A stretch of DNA of 63,901 nt, filler included, from 9 parts of 9 records of this genome joined end to end with filler, not necessarily neighbours in it; one strand, 5' to 3'. Positions 1 through 10,319 are shown, counted from the whole stretch's first letter. Made by a program: numbers and translations. The notes: generated by a model not told the origin, from the sequence alone.

Positions 1-13
1 GTCATCAATTGTG

Positions 14-256
14 CAAAACGAACCCAATTTGCTGCGTTTTTGGGCTAAGAACAGGGGTTGGGTGGAAGAACGAACCCAATCGAAGCCAATTTGGCAGCAG
101 GCAGCGGAACCCCGAAAGCGGGGACAGGTACAACCCGCTCGGCGGAACGTACCAGTCCCCGGTTTCGGGGGCCAGGCGCGCCAAACAAAGCCAATTTATG
201 GCGTTTTTGGGATGAAAACGAGGATTGCGATGAAAAAAAAAGCCAATCTAAGCCAA
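14..256. repeat. Two degenerate ~80-bp repeat copies (AACGAACCCAAT/AAAGCCAAT motifs) flanking a REP-like hairpin at 110-170
   Basis: 14-92 and 182-256 align (CAAAACGAACCCAATTT..GCGTTTTTGGG..AAGCCAAT vs CAAACAAAGCCAATTT..GCGTTTTTGGG..AAGCCAAT); arms 110-131 and 149-170 pair at 20/22. Confidence 0.7.
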
Positions 257-352
257 TGGGCCTGCGGACGGCGTTGATCGGCGAAATGGGCAAACAATTG
301 TAAGGATCGGGCGGTATATGAGACTAATGCGATAGGAATGAAAGGGTTCATT

Positions 353-1843
353 ATGAGAGCGAAAACGCATTTTCACGCCGGCCGATTTGTGGTGATCATG
401 GCACTGGTGAGCACCGCCATCCTCGTCGCCTGGGGCCAGCAGTCGGAACCACCCAAAACGGACGCGGCAGCCACGACCTCCACCCACGTGATTGACGATT
501 TCTCCACGGCCGGCCGCAAGAGCACACTCGGCGCCAAGTGGGGCTTCCTCACCGACCGAGCCATCGGCGGCACGTCGAAAGGCAAGCTGCAATTCGAGCA
601 GCACGAGAGCCAGAACGCCCTGCACCTGACCGGCACGGTCGCACCGGTCAAGAACGGAGGCTACATCCAGGCGCGCCTGGCCCTGCAACCGAGGGGCAGG
701 AGTTTCGATGCCCGGGGGTTCCAGGGGATTCGGCTGCGCGTCAAGGGCAACGGCCAATCGTATGCGGTCCAATTGCGCACCAAGGATACACGGTTCCCCT
801 GGCAATCCTACGCCGCGACGTTCGCGACGACCGAGCAATGGCAAGACGTTGAATTGCCCTTTACCGAGTTCAAATCGGCCTCCGTTCGGACGACTTTGGA
901 TACCACGAATCTGCGCAGCGTCGGCATCGCGGCTGTCGAGATGGAATCCGACGCCGATGTGTATGTCGCCAATATCGCTTTCTTTCGAGAGGGGCCCATG
1001 TACAACGAACTAACACCTGAGGAAGCGCGGGTGATCCTTCGCAAGGGGACAGAACGGCCGTTTACCGGCAAGTACGACGGCCACTTCGAGGAAGGCGTCT
1101 ACACCTGCAAGCAGTGCGACGCGAAGCTGTATGAATCGTCCTCGAAGTTCAAATCGCACTGCGGCTGGCCCAGCTTCGACGACCAGATTCCCGGTGCCGT
1201 CCAGTGGAAACCCGACGCCGATGGGATGCGCACCGAAATCGTCTGCGCCACCTGCGGCGGGCATCTCGGACACGTCTTCCAGGGCGAACAGCTCACCGCC
1301 AAGAACACGCGCCATTGCGTCAACTCGGTTTCGATGAACTTCATCCCCGCCAACCAGGCCCAGACCGAGCGCGCCATCTTCGCCTCCGGCTGCTTCTGGG
1401 GAACGGAGTACCATCTCCAGCGCGTCCCGGGCGTCATCTCCACCACCGTGGGCTACACGGGCGGACACGTCGAGAACCCGACGTACAAGCAGGTGTGCGC
1501 GAACCGGACGGGACACGCCGAGGCGGTCGAGGTCGTCTACGACCCGACGAAGACCAGCTATGAGAAGCTGGCCCGCCTGTTCTTCGAAACGCATGACTTC
1601 ACGCAACTGAATCGTCAGGGCCCGGATATCGGCACGCAGTACCGTTCGGGCGTCTTCTACCTCAACGACGAACAGAAGGAGACCACGGAAGAACTGGTCA
1701 TGACGCTGCGGGAGAAGGGCTTCGACGTCAAGACGGAGATTACCGCGGCCGGCAAATTCTGGCCCGGCGAGGGCTATCATCAGGACTACTACAACAAGAC
1801 CGGCAAGACCCCCTACTGCCATATCTACCGCCGGATCTTCTGA
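353..1843 (+). CDS. msrAB: Exported CIA30-domain / methionine sulfoxide reductase MsrB-MsrA fusion
   Basis: Signal-like N-terminus; CIA30-like domain (W.FLTDRAIGG.S, NGGYIQ); MsrB (GTERPF, CKQC/CATC, GWPSF, RHCVNS); MsrA (GCFWG, GHAEAV, YHQDY). Start is 338 or 353. Confidence 0.9.
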   Translation: MRAKTHFHAGRFVVIMALVSTAILVAWGQQSEPPKTDAAATTSTHVIDDFSTAGRKSTLGAKWGFLTDRAIGGTSKGKLQFEQHESQNALHLTGTVAPVKNGGYIQARLALQPRGRSFDARGFQGIRLRVKGNGQSYAVQLRTKDTRFPWQSYAATFATTEQWQDVELPFTEFKSASVRTTLDTTNLRSVGIAAVEMESDADVYVANIAFFREGPMYNELTPEEARVILRKGTERPFTGKYDGHFEEGVYTCKQCDAKLYESSSKFKSHCGWPSFDDQIPGAVQWKPDADGMRTEIVCATCGGHLGHVFQGEQLTAKNTRHCVNSVSMNFIPANQAQTERAIFASGCFWGTEYHLQRVPGVISTTVGYTGGHVENPTYKQVCANRTGHAEAVEVVYDPTKTSYEKLARLFFETHDFTQLNRQGPDIGTQYRSGVFYLNDEQKETTEELVMTLREKGFDVKTEITAAGKFWPGEGYHQDYYNKTGKTPYCHIYRRIF

Positions 1844-2011
1844 TCGGGACACATCCGGGGAAATGCCAGGGCCCGGTGCCAGGGATGCTTTTTGGGTTTG
1901 ACCGGTACCGGGTCTCGGGCTAGAATCGCCTCACCATCGATCCTCATGTGAGGATCGTCGTCGCTGTGAACCGCGGATGTCTTTGTGGACTACAAAGTGA
2001 GGTGAAAGATC

Positions 2012-2902
2012 ATGAGAACCAATCGAGACCGTTCCAAACTCTCCCGTCGTGATTTCCTTGTGACCACGACCGCCTCTGTAGCCGCGATAGGCGCACTCGG
2101 AGGCGGCTGCAGCCCCCAAGAAGAGGACGAGGAAGCCGCGGGAGCGAAGGCCCCCCTTCCCGTGGGCGTGCAGCTCTATTCCGTTCGCACCGACTGCGAA
2201 AAGGACCTGCCCGGCACCGTGGCCAAGGTCGCGGAAATGGGCTACGACGGCGTCGAGTTCGCCGGCTATTATGACAATTCGGCAGCGGACCTGCGCAAGC
2301 TGCTGGATGACAACGGCCTGAAGTGCTGCGGCACGCACACCCAGATGCCCACGCTTTCGAAGGAAAACCTACAGGCGACAATCGAATTTAACCAAACCCT
2401 GGGCAACAAATACCTGATCTGTCCGTGGCTCCAGCCCAGCGACGACAATCCGAAGGAGACCTGGCTCAAATACGCCGAGCGCTTCAATGAGGTCGCGGAA
2501 GTGATCAAGCCACTCGGCATGTACGTGGGGTATCACTGTCACGCCCATGACTTCCACGCACTCGATAGCGGTGAGGTGCCCTGGGAGATCCTGTTCGACA
2601 ACACGGCCAGCAACGTCATCATGCAGATCGACACGTGCAACTGCATGGACGGTGGCGGCGACCCGATTGCCTATCTCAAGAAGTATCCGGGCCGCTCCCA
2701 AACCATCCATCTGAAGGAATGGTCGGCGACGAAGAAGGATGCCATCCTAAGCGAGGGCGACGTGCAGTGGGATGAGGTCTTCGCGCTGTGCGAAGGCATT
2801 GGCAAGACCGAATGGTACATCATCGAAGAAGAGAAGGATGCGTACCCGCCGCTCGAAGCGATCGATCTGTGCCTGAAGAACTACAAGAAACTCCGCGCCT
2901 AG
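2012..2902 (+). CDS. Tat-exported sugar-phosphate isomerase/epimerase (xylose isomerase-like TIM barrel)
   Basis: SRRDFL twin-arginine motif; GVQLYSVR, GYDGVEFAG, YHCH, IHLKE, WYIIEEE. Confidence 0.85.
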   Translation: MRTNRDRSKLSRRDFLVTTTASVAAIGALGGGCSPQEEDEEAAGAKAPLPVGVQLYSVRTDCEKDLPGTVAKVAEMGYDGVEFAGYYDNSAADLRKLLDDNGLKCCGTHTQMPTLSKENLQATIEFNQTLGNKYLICPWLQPSDDNPKETWLKYAERFNEVAEVIKPLGMYVGYHCHAHDFHALDSGEVPWEILFDNTASNVIMQIDTCNCMDGGGDPIAYLKKYPGRSQTIHLKEWSATKKDAILSEGDVQWDEVFALCEGIGKTEWYIIEEEKDAYPPLEAIDLCLKNYKKLRA

Positions 2903-2925
2903 CATAGCGGGATAGCGCCATTTGG

Positions 2926-2960
2926 GGCCGGACCGGCGGCATCTTCAGCCCGGTCCGGCC
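2926..2960 (+). terminator. GC-rich hairpin downstream of the isomerase gene
   Basis: GGCCGGACCGG...CCGGTCCGGCC inverted repeat; no clear U-tract. Confidence 0.35.
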
Positions 2961-3094
2961 CGATCTGGCCAGGCAACACTCGACCTGGCCCCCTCCTTAC
3001 GCCCGCTTGTACCTCCGCGTCGCAAAGGCGTCGTCACGACCGTTCCGATCTGATATACTCCAGGGACGAATCACTTTCACAGAGGGTATCTATC

Positions 3095-5866
3095 ATGCAC
3101 ACAAGATCGCTGACCGTCATCGTGGCCGTGCTGGTAATGGCGCAGGCCGTTACGGCCAAGGAAGCGCACTGGATCGAAGGAGAGGATTATACGAGTTCCT
3201 CCTTCAACCGGCACGGCTGGTATCAGAGCACGAATATCGGCAAGGCCCTGCTCTCGCCCGGTCAGCCGGGCGTCTCCGAGGGCGACTGGCACGTCCACTT
3301 CGGTGACAACGAGGCAACGGCAACCTATCGCTTCGAGATCGCCGAGGGCGGGACGTACACCTGGTGGATCAGGCTCAATCCCTTCCGCAATCAGAGCGGT
3401 GGCGGCAATTACAGCTATCGACACAAGTCGGTGCGCGGTTCCTGGTCGTCGTGGGAAGCGCTGGACGTCTCCGAGGCCCGCGATCGCATGATCGACCTGG
3501 TCGACCCGGGGATCGACATTCGCTTCATCGCCTGGTGCCATGGGGGCGCGTTCGCCTTCTCACGCGGAACGTACGAACTGCAAGTGCGCCTCTCGCTGGG
3601 TGCGGGGGATCAAGATAACCACGGCGGGATCGATGTCATGGCGCTGACGAACTTCCCCTGGTCTCCCACCGGGGTGATTCGGCCGCAGACCGACGCGCCG
3701 GACCCTGAGCCTGACGAGTGGTTCACCCTGATGGTCGGGCCCGATCCACTCTCGGCCGACTCGATCATCGACATGAGCGATCTGCTCGACAAACCGGCCG
3801 GCATGCACGGATTCCTGAAATCGGCCGGCAAGGATTTTGCGTTTGCCGATGGCACGCCGGTGCGGTTCTGGGGAATCGGCGCTTCCATGACCGAAACCGT
3901 CGAGGCCCAACAGCGACAGGCGCGTTTCTATGCCAAACACGGCATCAACATGGTGCGCCAGCATCCGGTCGAAAGCGTACTCGGCTCGTTGCAGGGCGGT
4001 CCGCAGCAGCGTCACTTCGACGCCGAGAAACTCGACAAATTCGACCGTTGGTTCAGCATCCTCAAAGAGAACGGTATCTATATGACGTGGTCGATCTTCT
4101 ACCATCACGTGGCGCTGCCCGATCAGGGAATCGATCCCGACCTGTACAACGAACTGCCCAGCCGCGGCGCCGGCAGAGACACCTACGGGATGGCCACCTT
4201 CATCGAAGAATATCAAGACTCCCAGTGGCAGTACGCCCGCCTGTTGCTCAATCATGTCAATCCCTATACGGGACTCGCCTACAAAGACGATCCGGCACTG
4301 GCCCTGGTGGAGGCACGCAATGAGGACAGCGTCTTCTTCCATAACCCGCTGGGCGAGTCGTTCGTTCGGGGCCAGTCCCATCCGCACCACGCCGCTCGGC
4401 TCAAGCAGATGTGGCAGCAGTGGGTCAAGAACCGATATGGCAACGACCAGGCGCTGGCAAGCGCGTGGGGGACGGGTCGGCGCACGACCACGACGCAGAA
4501 CAGTGATGGCTCCGTGCGCAGCCGGCCCGATTCGGTGAACGAAACCAACATGTACATCTACGCGGCCTGGGAGATGGAGGCCGAAGGCCCACACTGGAAC
4601 ACCAATGCCGAGCGGAAACGCATGGGCGATTTCATCCGCTTCCTGGCCGAGATGCAGCGCAGGACCTACGCCACCTACGAGCAGCGTCTGCGCGACTTGG
4701 GCTACGACGCCGTGGTGGTCAGCACGGCCTGGAAGGCGGGCGGATCGGCCGCGTCGGCGGCCAATCTCTGGACCGACGACGCGGGCGACGCCATCGACCG
4801 GCACAACTATTCCGGTGGCGGTGCGGGCGGCCACGGCATCACCACGGGCTCGGTCAGCAACGACACCCATTTGCGCCGGGCCGGGCGCGGGATTCTCTCC
4901 AGCGGCCTGTGGCAGGTGGAGGATAAGCCCTTCATCATGACCGAATGGACACAGAAACCACCCAACCAGTGGAAGGCGGAAATCGCGCCACTGGTGGCGT
5001 TCTATGGCATGGGCTTGCAGGGCTGGGATGGGTCCTATCACTTCGTCGGCTCACGCAGCTACATGGGCAACGGCTGGCCCAGCATGAGTTCCTACGTGAC
5101 CGAGACACCTCACTACATCGGTCAGTTCCCGGCGCTGGCTTGCGCGACCTACCAGGGCCATTTCACCGAGGGTCCGCCGGCCGCAGCGAGACGATTGTCC
5201 ACGGACGCCGCCTTCTCCGGAACGGACGCGCTGGGAGAGACGCAGGGCCGGGAAGGGTACGACGAGAACGACCTGCTCGGTCAGGGCGATACCCCCGTCG
5301 AGGCGCTGGCCGTCGGGCGCGTGACACTCAAGATCGCCGATGGGCAGGTGCCCTCGTACCAACCTTCACTGTCCGATTGGTGGAATCCGCGTTTGCAGGT
5401 GGTGCGCAGCAATACGGGGCAACTCGTCTGGGACTATGCCAAGCAGGTGGTTCTGGTGCAATCGGAAAAGACCCAGGGTGTCATCGGCTTTGCGGCCGGC
5501 CAATCGTACGACCTTCCCGGCGCGATCATCGAAGACGTCGATACGCCCTTTGTCAGTCTGTTGCTAACGCCCCTGGACAATCGCCCCCTGATCGAATCGA
5601 CCCATATCTTGATCACGGCATTGGCCCGCGACAAGCAATATGGCACCGTCTACAATGAAGACGGCACGGAACTGCGCGACACAGGCGGCCCCCCCCTGCT
5701 GCTCGAACCGGTCCAGGCAACGATCGTTCTCAAAGGCGCACCGATCACGTCCGCCCGAGCGGTCGACGTCTACGGCGTGCCGACCGACCGCCAACTCGAA
5801 CGCACCGGCAACACCATCCGCATCGACGGCCGCTATGCAACGTACTACTACGAAGTGAATCGGTAA
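3095..5866 (+). CDS. Secreted clan GH-A glycoside hydrolase (GH5/GH148-like) with an N-terminal beta-sandwich/CBM-like domain
   Basis: Signal peptide; FADGTPVRFWG, GINMVR, HVNPYTGLAYKDDPA, acid/base RNED, nucleophile FIMTEW. Confidence 0.75.
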   Translation: MHTRSLTVIVAVLVMAQAVTAKEAHWIEGEDYTSSSFNRHGWYQSTNIGKALLSPGQPGVSEGDWHVHFGDNEATATYRFEIAEGGTYTWWIRLNPFRNQSGGGNYSYRHKSVRGSWSSWEALDVSEARDRMIDLVDPGIDIRFIAWCHGGAFAFSRGTYELQVRLSLGAGDQDNHGGIDVMALTNFPWSPTGVIRPQTDAPDPEPDEWFTLMVGPDPLSADSIIDMSDLLDKPAGMHGFLKSAGKDFAFADGTPVRFWGIGASMTETVEAQQRQARFYAKHGINMVRQHPVESVLGSLQGGPQQRHFDAEKLDKFDRWFSILKENGIYMTWSIFYHHVALPDQGIDPDLYNELPSRGAGRDTYGMATFIEEYQDSQWQYARLLLNHVNPYTGLAYKDDPALALVEARNEDSVFFHNPLGESFVRGQSHPHHAARLKQMWQQWVKNRYGNDQALASAWGTGRRTTTTQNSDGSVRSRPDSVNETNMYIYAAWEMEAEGPHWNTNAERKRMGDFIRFLAEMQRRTYATYEQRLRDLGYDAVVVSTAWKAGGSAASAANLWTDDAGDAIDRHNYSGGGAGGHGITTGSVSNDTHLRRAGRGILSSGLWQVEDKPFIMTEWTQKPPNQWKAEIAPLVAFYGMGLQGWDGSYHFVGSRSYMGNGWPSMSSYVTETPHYIGQFPALACATYQGHFTEGPPAAARRLSTDAAFSGTDALGETQGREGYDENDLLGQGDTPVEALAVGRVTLKIADGQVPSYQPSLSDWWNPRLQVVRSNTGQLVWDYAKQVVLVQSEKTQGVIGFAAGQSYDLPGAIIEDVDTPFVSLLLTPLDNRPLIESTHILITALARDKQYGTVYNEDGTELRDTGGPPLLLEPVQATIVLKGAPITSARAVDVYGVPTDRQLERTGNTIRIDGRYATYYYEVNR

Positions 5867-5870
5867 CCGA

Positions 5871-8132
5871 TCACGGGGTGTTCGCTTGAGCTAGCGCCGG
5901 CGCAGACGCCTCGGACACCACAACCTTGTCCCAGCCGACAACCCGATAGCGCCGGCCGGTGAATTTGCCGGTTCGCTCGACGCGGCCTGTGCCATTCTGC
6001 CACGAGAGAACTGCCTTGGTGAAGTGCCCCTTTTCGAAATCAAGGCTCACGCCGTCGTCTTCAAACAGGGTAAACGATGCCGGCTTGTCGCCGTACACAC
6101 GTGCCGTGATTTCGAAGACGGTATCGTCTGCGACAAACTCCACCGGCCTGGCTACGGGCAGAATCGTGTTCTCCTTGACAAAGATGGGGACTTGACCCGC
6201 CGACGCCTTGACGCGGTACACGGCCCCTCCGGCATAGCGGACATTCGTGTAGAAATCGATCCAGTCGTTGCCAGCCGGCAGGTGGAGTTCGCGCGAATCG
6301 GCGCTGCCCAGGATGGGTGCGACCAGAATGGCATCGCCGAAGCAATAGGCATCCTCAATGGTGCGCACCCGGGCATCTTCGGGAAACTCAATCGGCAGCG
6401 CCCGTGTCGGAGGCAGACCTTCGTAGCGATAGCGATAGAACGCCGAATAGAAGTAGGGCAACAGGCTCATCCTCAGATTCACCAGTTCGCGCACCTTGGC
6501 GACCACGATTTCCTGCTCGGCTTCAGGCAAGAGGATGTTCTGCTTGTTCTTGGCCTTGTCGAACTGCGCCCAGATCGGGTTCGGCACAAACCACGGATTC
6601 AGGCAGGTCTGTGGTGCGAAGACCGCCATACCGATGCGGCTGAGCAAGTCTTCGAGATTGGGGGCCTCGCGCACTTCCGGCGACCAGAGCAGACCCGCGT
6701 AGGAGGCGTTGAGAAGTTGGCGCAGATACTCGCTCTGCGTGTAGGCGTCACTGTAGAGATTGAACGGCAAGGGCGCCGCCAGTGAGGCCGTCGCACGCAC
6801 ATCGCCCCACGTGCGCATGTTGTGCTGCTTGAATACCGAGTAGATGCTGCGCTGGTAGAGGTATCCGTACAGTTGCGTCATCTGCTCGCCGTCGATGCCC
6901 GAGGGGAAGGTCGAGCAATAGGGATAATTGAACGGGGTGCTGTCGGCGATCGGCTGGCGGTCGCACTCATCGGCCTTGAAGCCGGAAATACCCTTCTGGA
7001 CGAGTTCGACATCATGATATCGGGCGAACACGTCGAAGGCTTCGGGGTCGGCAAAGTCTACGACGAGCCCGCCCCAGACGAGAAAGTCACCGGATCGCTC
7101 CTTCAGCGGATCGAAGAGCGGCGACGTGGGATGAATGTAGGCATGCTCCCACAGATTGAGATGGTACCCCATGCCTTGGAGCCGGTCGACGAATTCCTGG
7201 TGCTTCGGGAACCGGTCGTCCGACCAGACCAGCGAGCACGAATAGGCGTGGGTCTGCCAGCCGGGCTCCAGGCCGATCACATCGCACGGGACATGCTGGC
7301 GGCGCAGCGTCTCGGCCACGTCCATCACCGTCTCATGCGTCCCGGCTGTATAGGTGCGATACTTCAATCCCAGTCCCCACATCGGTGGCACACAGCCACC
7401 ACCCGAGAACAAGTTGTAGCGCTGGACCGCCTCTCGCAATGTCGGACCACCAAAGAGGTAGACGTCCACACCGGGCGCCCCGGGAATATCGAACACCACC
7501 TCGGGCCGACCGGCGGCCTGCTGGGCGGCATACAGGCCGGACACCGATGTCTTCAGATCGCTCCCGTCGGCAGACGGCGAGCGAACCACGGCGGCCTTGG
7601 GCGTCAGGCGGGCCACATGCACGTAGGGAACACGCGCCGTATCGACCCACACCCCATAGCCTTTCGTACTGACGTAGAACGGGACCGGACCATGGCTGGC
7701 CCCGGTCTTGGCGATGACCCCGGCGCAAACAGTCAGTCGCTTGCGGTAGCCCTTCTGACGATAGGCACGTGGGTCGAGGCCGAATCCATAGATCTCGTCT
7801 TCGGGTTCATCGCAGGGAACGTAGACGACCAGTCGGCCCGATAGCCGTTGACAACGGATCGCATCGGTGCCAAAGGGCAACTCTCCCGGTGCGGACAGCC
7901 CATTGATCTCCGCCGTCATCGGTTCGCGTTCGCGAAAAGCGGTGGGGACGAAACGCTCGGGCGTCCCAAAACGGATGCGCCACACGCCGCGGGCCACCTG
8001 CGACACCTGGCCCGGCAAGGGACCGCGACCGCCCTGTGCCCCATTCGACAGTCCCATGAAAACAGATACAACGAATCCGCACACCGCCACACACCAGCTC
8101 AGGCGGCAACCACACCGTTCGGTACGATACAT
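5871..8132 (-). CDS. Glycoside hydrolase family 31
   Basis: PPMWGLG, DVIGLEPGW, GFKADECD nucleophile, LRMSLLPYFY, ILVAP, FEDDG. Confidence 0.88.
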   Translation of the reverse strand: MYRTERCGCRLSWCVAVCGFVVSVFMGLSNGAQGGRGPLPGQVSQVARGVWRIRFGTPERFVPTAFREREPMTAEINGLSAPGELPFGTDAIRCQRLSGRLVVYVPCDEPEDEIYGFGLDPRAYRQKGYRKRLTVCAGVIAKTGASHGPVPFYVSTKGYGVWVDTARVPYVHVARLTPKAAVVRSPSADGSDLKTSVSGLYAAQQAAGRPEVVFDIPGAPGVDVYLFGGPTLREAVQRYNLFSGGGCVPPMWGLGLKYRTYTAGTHETVMDVAETLRRQHVPCDVIGLEPGWQTHAYSCSLVWSDDRFPKHQEFVDRLQGMGYHLNLWEHAYIHPTSPLFDPLKERSGDFLVWGGLVVDFADPEAFDVFARYHDVELVQKGISGFKADECDRQPIADSTPFNYPYCSTFPSGIDGEQMTQLYGYLYQRSIYSVFKQHNMRTWGDVRATASLAAPLPFNLYSDAYTQSEYLRQLLNASYAGLLWSPEVREAPNLEDLLSRIGMAVFAPQTCLNPWFVPNPIWAQFDKAKNKQNILLPEAEQEIVVAKVRELVNLRMSLLPYFYSAFYRYRYEGLPPTRALPIEFPEDARVRTIEDAYCFGDAILVAPILGSADSRELHLPAGNDWIDFYTNVRYAGGAVYRVKASAGQVPIFVKENTILPVARPVEFVADDTVFEITARVYGDKPASFTLFEDDGVSLDFEKGHFTKAVLSWQNGTGRVERTGKFTGRRYRVVGWDKVVVSEASAPALAQANTP

Positions 8133-8164
8133 CTCCAGTCAGCTCCTTGTCCCTATGTCCTGTT

Positions 8165-8417
8165 TCACCCCAGCGACTCGGTCGTCGTCGTCATGTCAGC
8201 CAGATCGACGATGACAACCTCGGCACTGCCCATCCAGTTCCGCGCCGCTCCGGGATTGACGATCAGCGTCTTACCGACCCGCCGGATGTCCTGCTGGTGG
8301 GTATGGCCATAGACCACCAGGTCATATTGGCCACGGCGAACCACCTGCTCAATCCCGTGCGGAACGTGGGTCATGTAGATCGTCCTGTCATCGATTTCGC
8401 CCGTGTAAGTACGATCG
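8165..8417 (-). CDS. YfcE-like metallophosphoesterase, C-terminal part (contig edge)
   Basis: YMTH, YGHTH, NPG motifs. Confidence 0.8.
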
Positions 8418-8517
8418 NNNNNNNNNNNNNNNNNNNNNNNNNNNNNNNNNNNNNNNNNNNNTTAATTAATTAANNNNNNNNNNNNNNNNNNNNNNNNNNN
8501 NNNNNNNNNNNNNNNNN
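8418..8517. other. Artificial contig linker; identical linkers at 15352-15451, 21864-21963, 31523-31622, 36879-36978, 42239-42338, 52861-52960, 58519-58618
   Basis: N44-TTAATTAATTAA-N44 (stops in all six frames); genes are truncated and composition changes across each linker. Confidence 0.98.
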
Positions 8518-8620
8518 CCTTCAATATATAACAATGTCAAAGAACAAAGCGCGAGAGACCGGTAAGTCCCAGCCCCTCGCTGCGGAGGCGGTTTATACGG
8601 GGTCGGCCGGGGGCTGTCAA
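8518..8620 (-). promoter_or_regulatory. rRNA operon promoter and leader with antitermination boxA
   Basis: Minus strand: TTGACA (8620-8615), 17 bp, TATAAA (8597-8592), GC-rich discriminator, boxA TGTTCTTTGACA (8546-8535); the contig breaks here, as expected at a repeated rrn operon. Confidence 0.75.
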
Positions 8621-8960
8621 AAGAAATCTTTCAGTTTTTTTGCACAATCCTCAAATGCCCGGAGTTCCGCCGTTTTTTGCGCCATGATCCGGCCTGTTTG
8701 AACCCTTTCAACGGGCTCTTACCGGCCCCCGCCGCGGCAATGATTCGCACCATGGCGCCGGCGCCGCCGGGCCACAACCTTTTGTTAAGAATTGGTCTCA
8801 TATCTTTGATTCCAAAGGGGAATCCCGTTGAAACAGCTTGACAGCCCCCGACGGCGCCGACATGTTGTGGCAAATTCAAAAAAAGGCCACAGGACCTAGG
8901 GGTGGATTGTAGTAATCGGGACCCACTATTAACGGCAGACGAGACGGATACGAATACCCG

Positions 8961-10319
8961 ATGCTCTTGAGAGGATCCTTGGCCGCCGCGGCCGTGATTG
9001 GTGCCGTCCTGATTGGTGCGGGAACGGCTCCGGCCATTGCCGATACCTTTGAACCGGCACCGCCGGCGGCACGCGGCAAAACCACCCTTCGGATCGCGCC
9101 GCTTTCGCTCGGCTATCCGGCAACCGCCGCCATGCTGCAGACGCGGCCGACCGCGGTTCCCGCCGATGAAACGGCAAATCGGGATTCCTTCCGCTACCGC
9201 CATCCGGTAACGGCGAAAAACGGCGACACCCTGTCCGGTCTTCTTGTCGGCGCCGGGGTCGAGCGCCGCGACGCTGCCGACGCCATCGACGCCATGCGCG
9301 AGGTTTTCGACCCGCGCCGGATAAAGCCCGGCCACGAAGTCACCCTATTGTTCGAACGCCTGGCCAACGAACCCGAACCGGGCCGTTTCATGGGATTTTC
9401 CATGCTGCCCGATTTCCGCCGCGAATTGGCCGTGGCGCGCAACCCGAAGGGCAATTTCGAAGCCCAGGAACTGGAACGCCAGTTGTCCCGGGCGCCGGCG
9501 CGGGCTTCCGGGAAGATCGGCAGCAGCCTGTTCGTCGACGGCGAGAAGGCCGGCGTTCCGGTACCGGTTCTGCTCGAACTGATCCGGGCCTATTCCTGGG
9601 ACGTCGACTTCCAGCGCGACATCTGGCCCGGTGATGCCTTCGAGGTCATGTGGCAGCGGGTCTACGACGATTCCGGCGACCTGGTCCACAACGGCGAAAT
9701 CCTCTACGCCAACCTGACCCTGACCGGCACCACCCATCCGATCTACCGCTTCGAGGTCGAGGACGGGCATTTCGACTATTTCAACGAAAACGGCCAAAGC
9801 GCCCGCAAGGCCCTGATGCGCACGCCGATCGACGGGGCCCGGCTGTCGTCGCGCTACGGCAAGCGCAAGCATCCGATCCTAGGCTATACCAAGATGCACC
9901 GCGGGGTCGATTTCGCCGCCCCCAAGGGCACGCCCATCTATGCCGCCGGCGACGGCCGCATCGAGGTTTCGGGCTGGAATGGGGCCTACGGGCGGTATGT
10001 TCGGATCCGGCACAATTCCGAATATTCCACCGCCTACGGCCACATGAGCCGGATCGACCGTTCGGCCGGCAAGGGCAAGCGGGTGCGCCAGGGACAGGTT
10101 ATCGGCTATGTCGGCAACACCGGGCGTTCGACCGGCGCGCACCTGCATTACGAGATCCTGCGCGGCGGCAAGCAGACCAATCCGTTGAAGGTCCGCATGC
10201 CGTCGGGGCGCAAGCTCAAGGGCGATATGCTGGCCCGCTTCCAGAAGACGCTGGCCGAAATCGATACGGTTTTCGCCGGCCTCACCGACGAAACCGAACT
10301 GGCCGGCACCCGCGATTGA
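8961..10319 (+). CDS. M23 family peptidoglycan DD-endopeptidase (MepM-like)
   Basis: LMRTPIDGARLSS, MHRGVDFAAP, STGAHLHYE. Confidence 0.92.
   Translation: MLLRGSLAAAAVIGAVLIGAGTAPAIADTFEPAPPAARGKTTLRIAPLSLGYPATAAMLQTRPTAVPADETANRDSFRYRHPVTAKNGDTLSGLLVGAGVERRDAADAIDAMREVFDPRRIKPGHEVTLLFERLANEPEPGRFMGFSMLPDFRRELAVARNPKGNFEAQELERQLSRAPARASGKIGSSLFVDGEKAGVPVPVLLELIRAYSWDVDFQRDIWPGDAFEVMWQRVYDDSGDLVHNGEILYANLTLTGTTHPIYRFEVEDGHFDYFNENGQSARKALMRTPIDGARLSSRYGKRKHPILGYTKMHRGVDFAAPKGTPIYAAGDGRIEVSGWNGAYGRYVRIRHNSEYSTAYGHMSRIDRSAGKGKRVRQGQVIGYVGNTGRSTGAHLHYEILRGGKQTNPLKVRMPSGRKLKGDMLARFQKTLAEIDTVFAGLTDETELAGTRD

Noticed and set aside
14-256. CRISPR array or short protein-coding genes at the window start
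   Set aside because: Repeats are degenerate, with no constant repeat/spacer period or cas genes; the ORFs are translations of the repeat.
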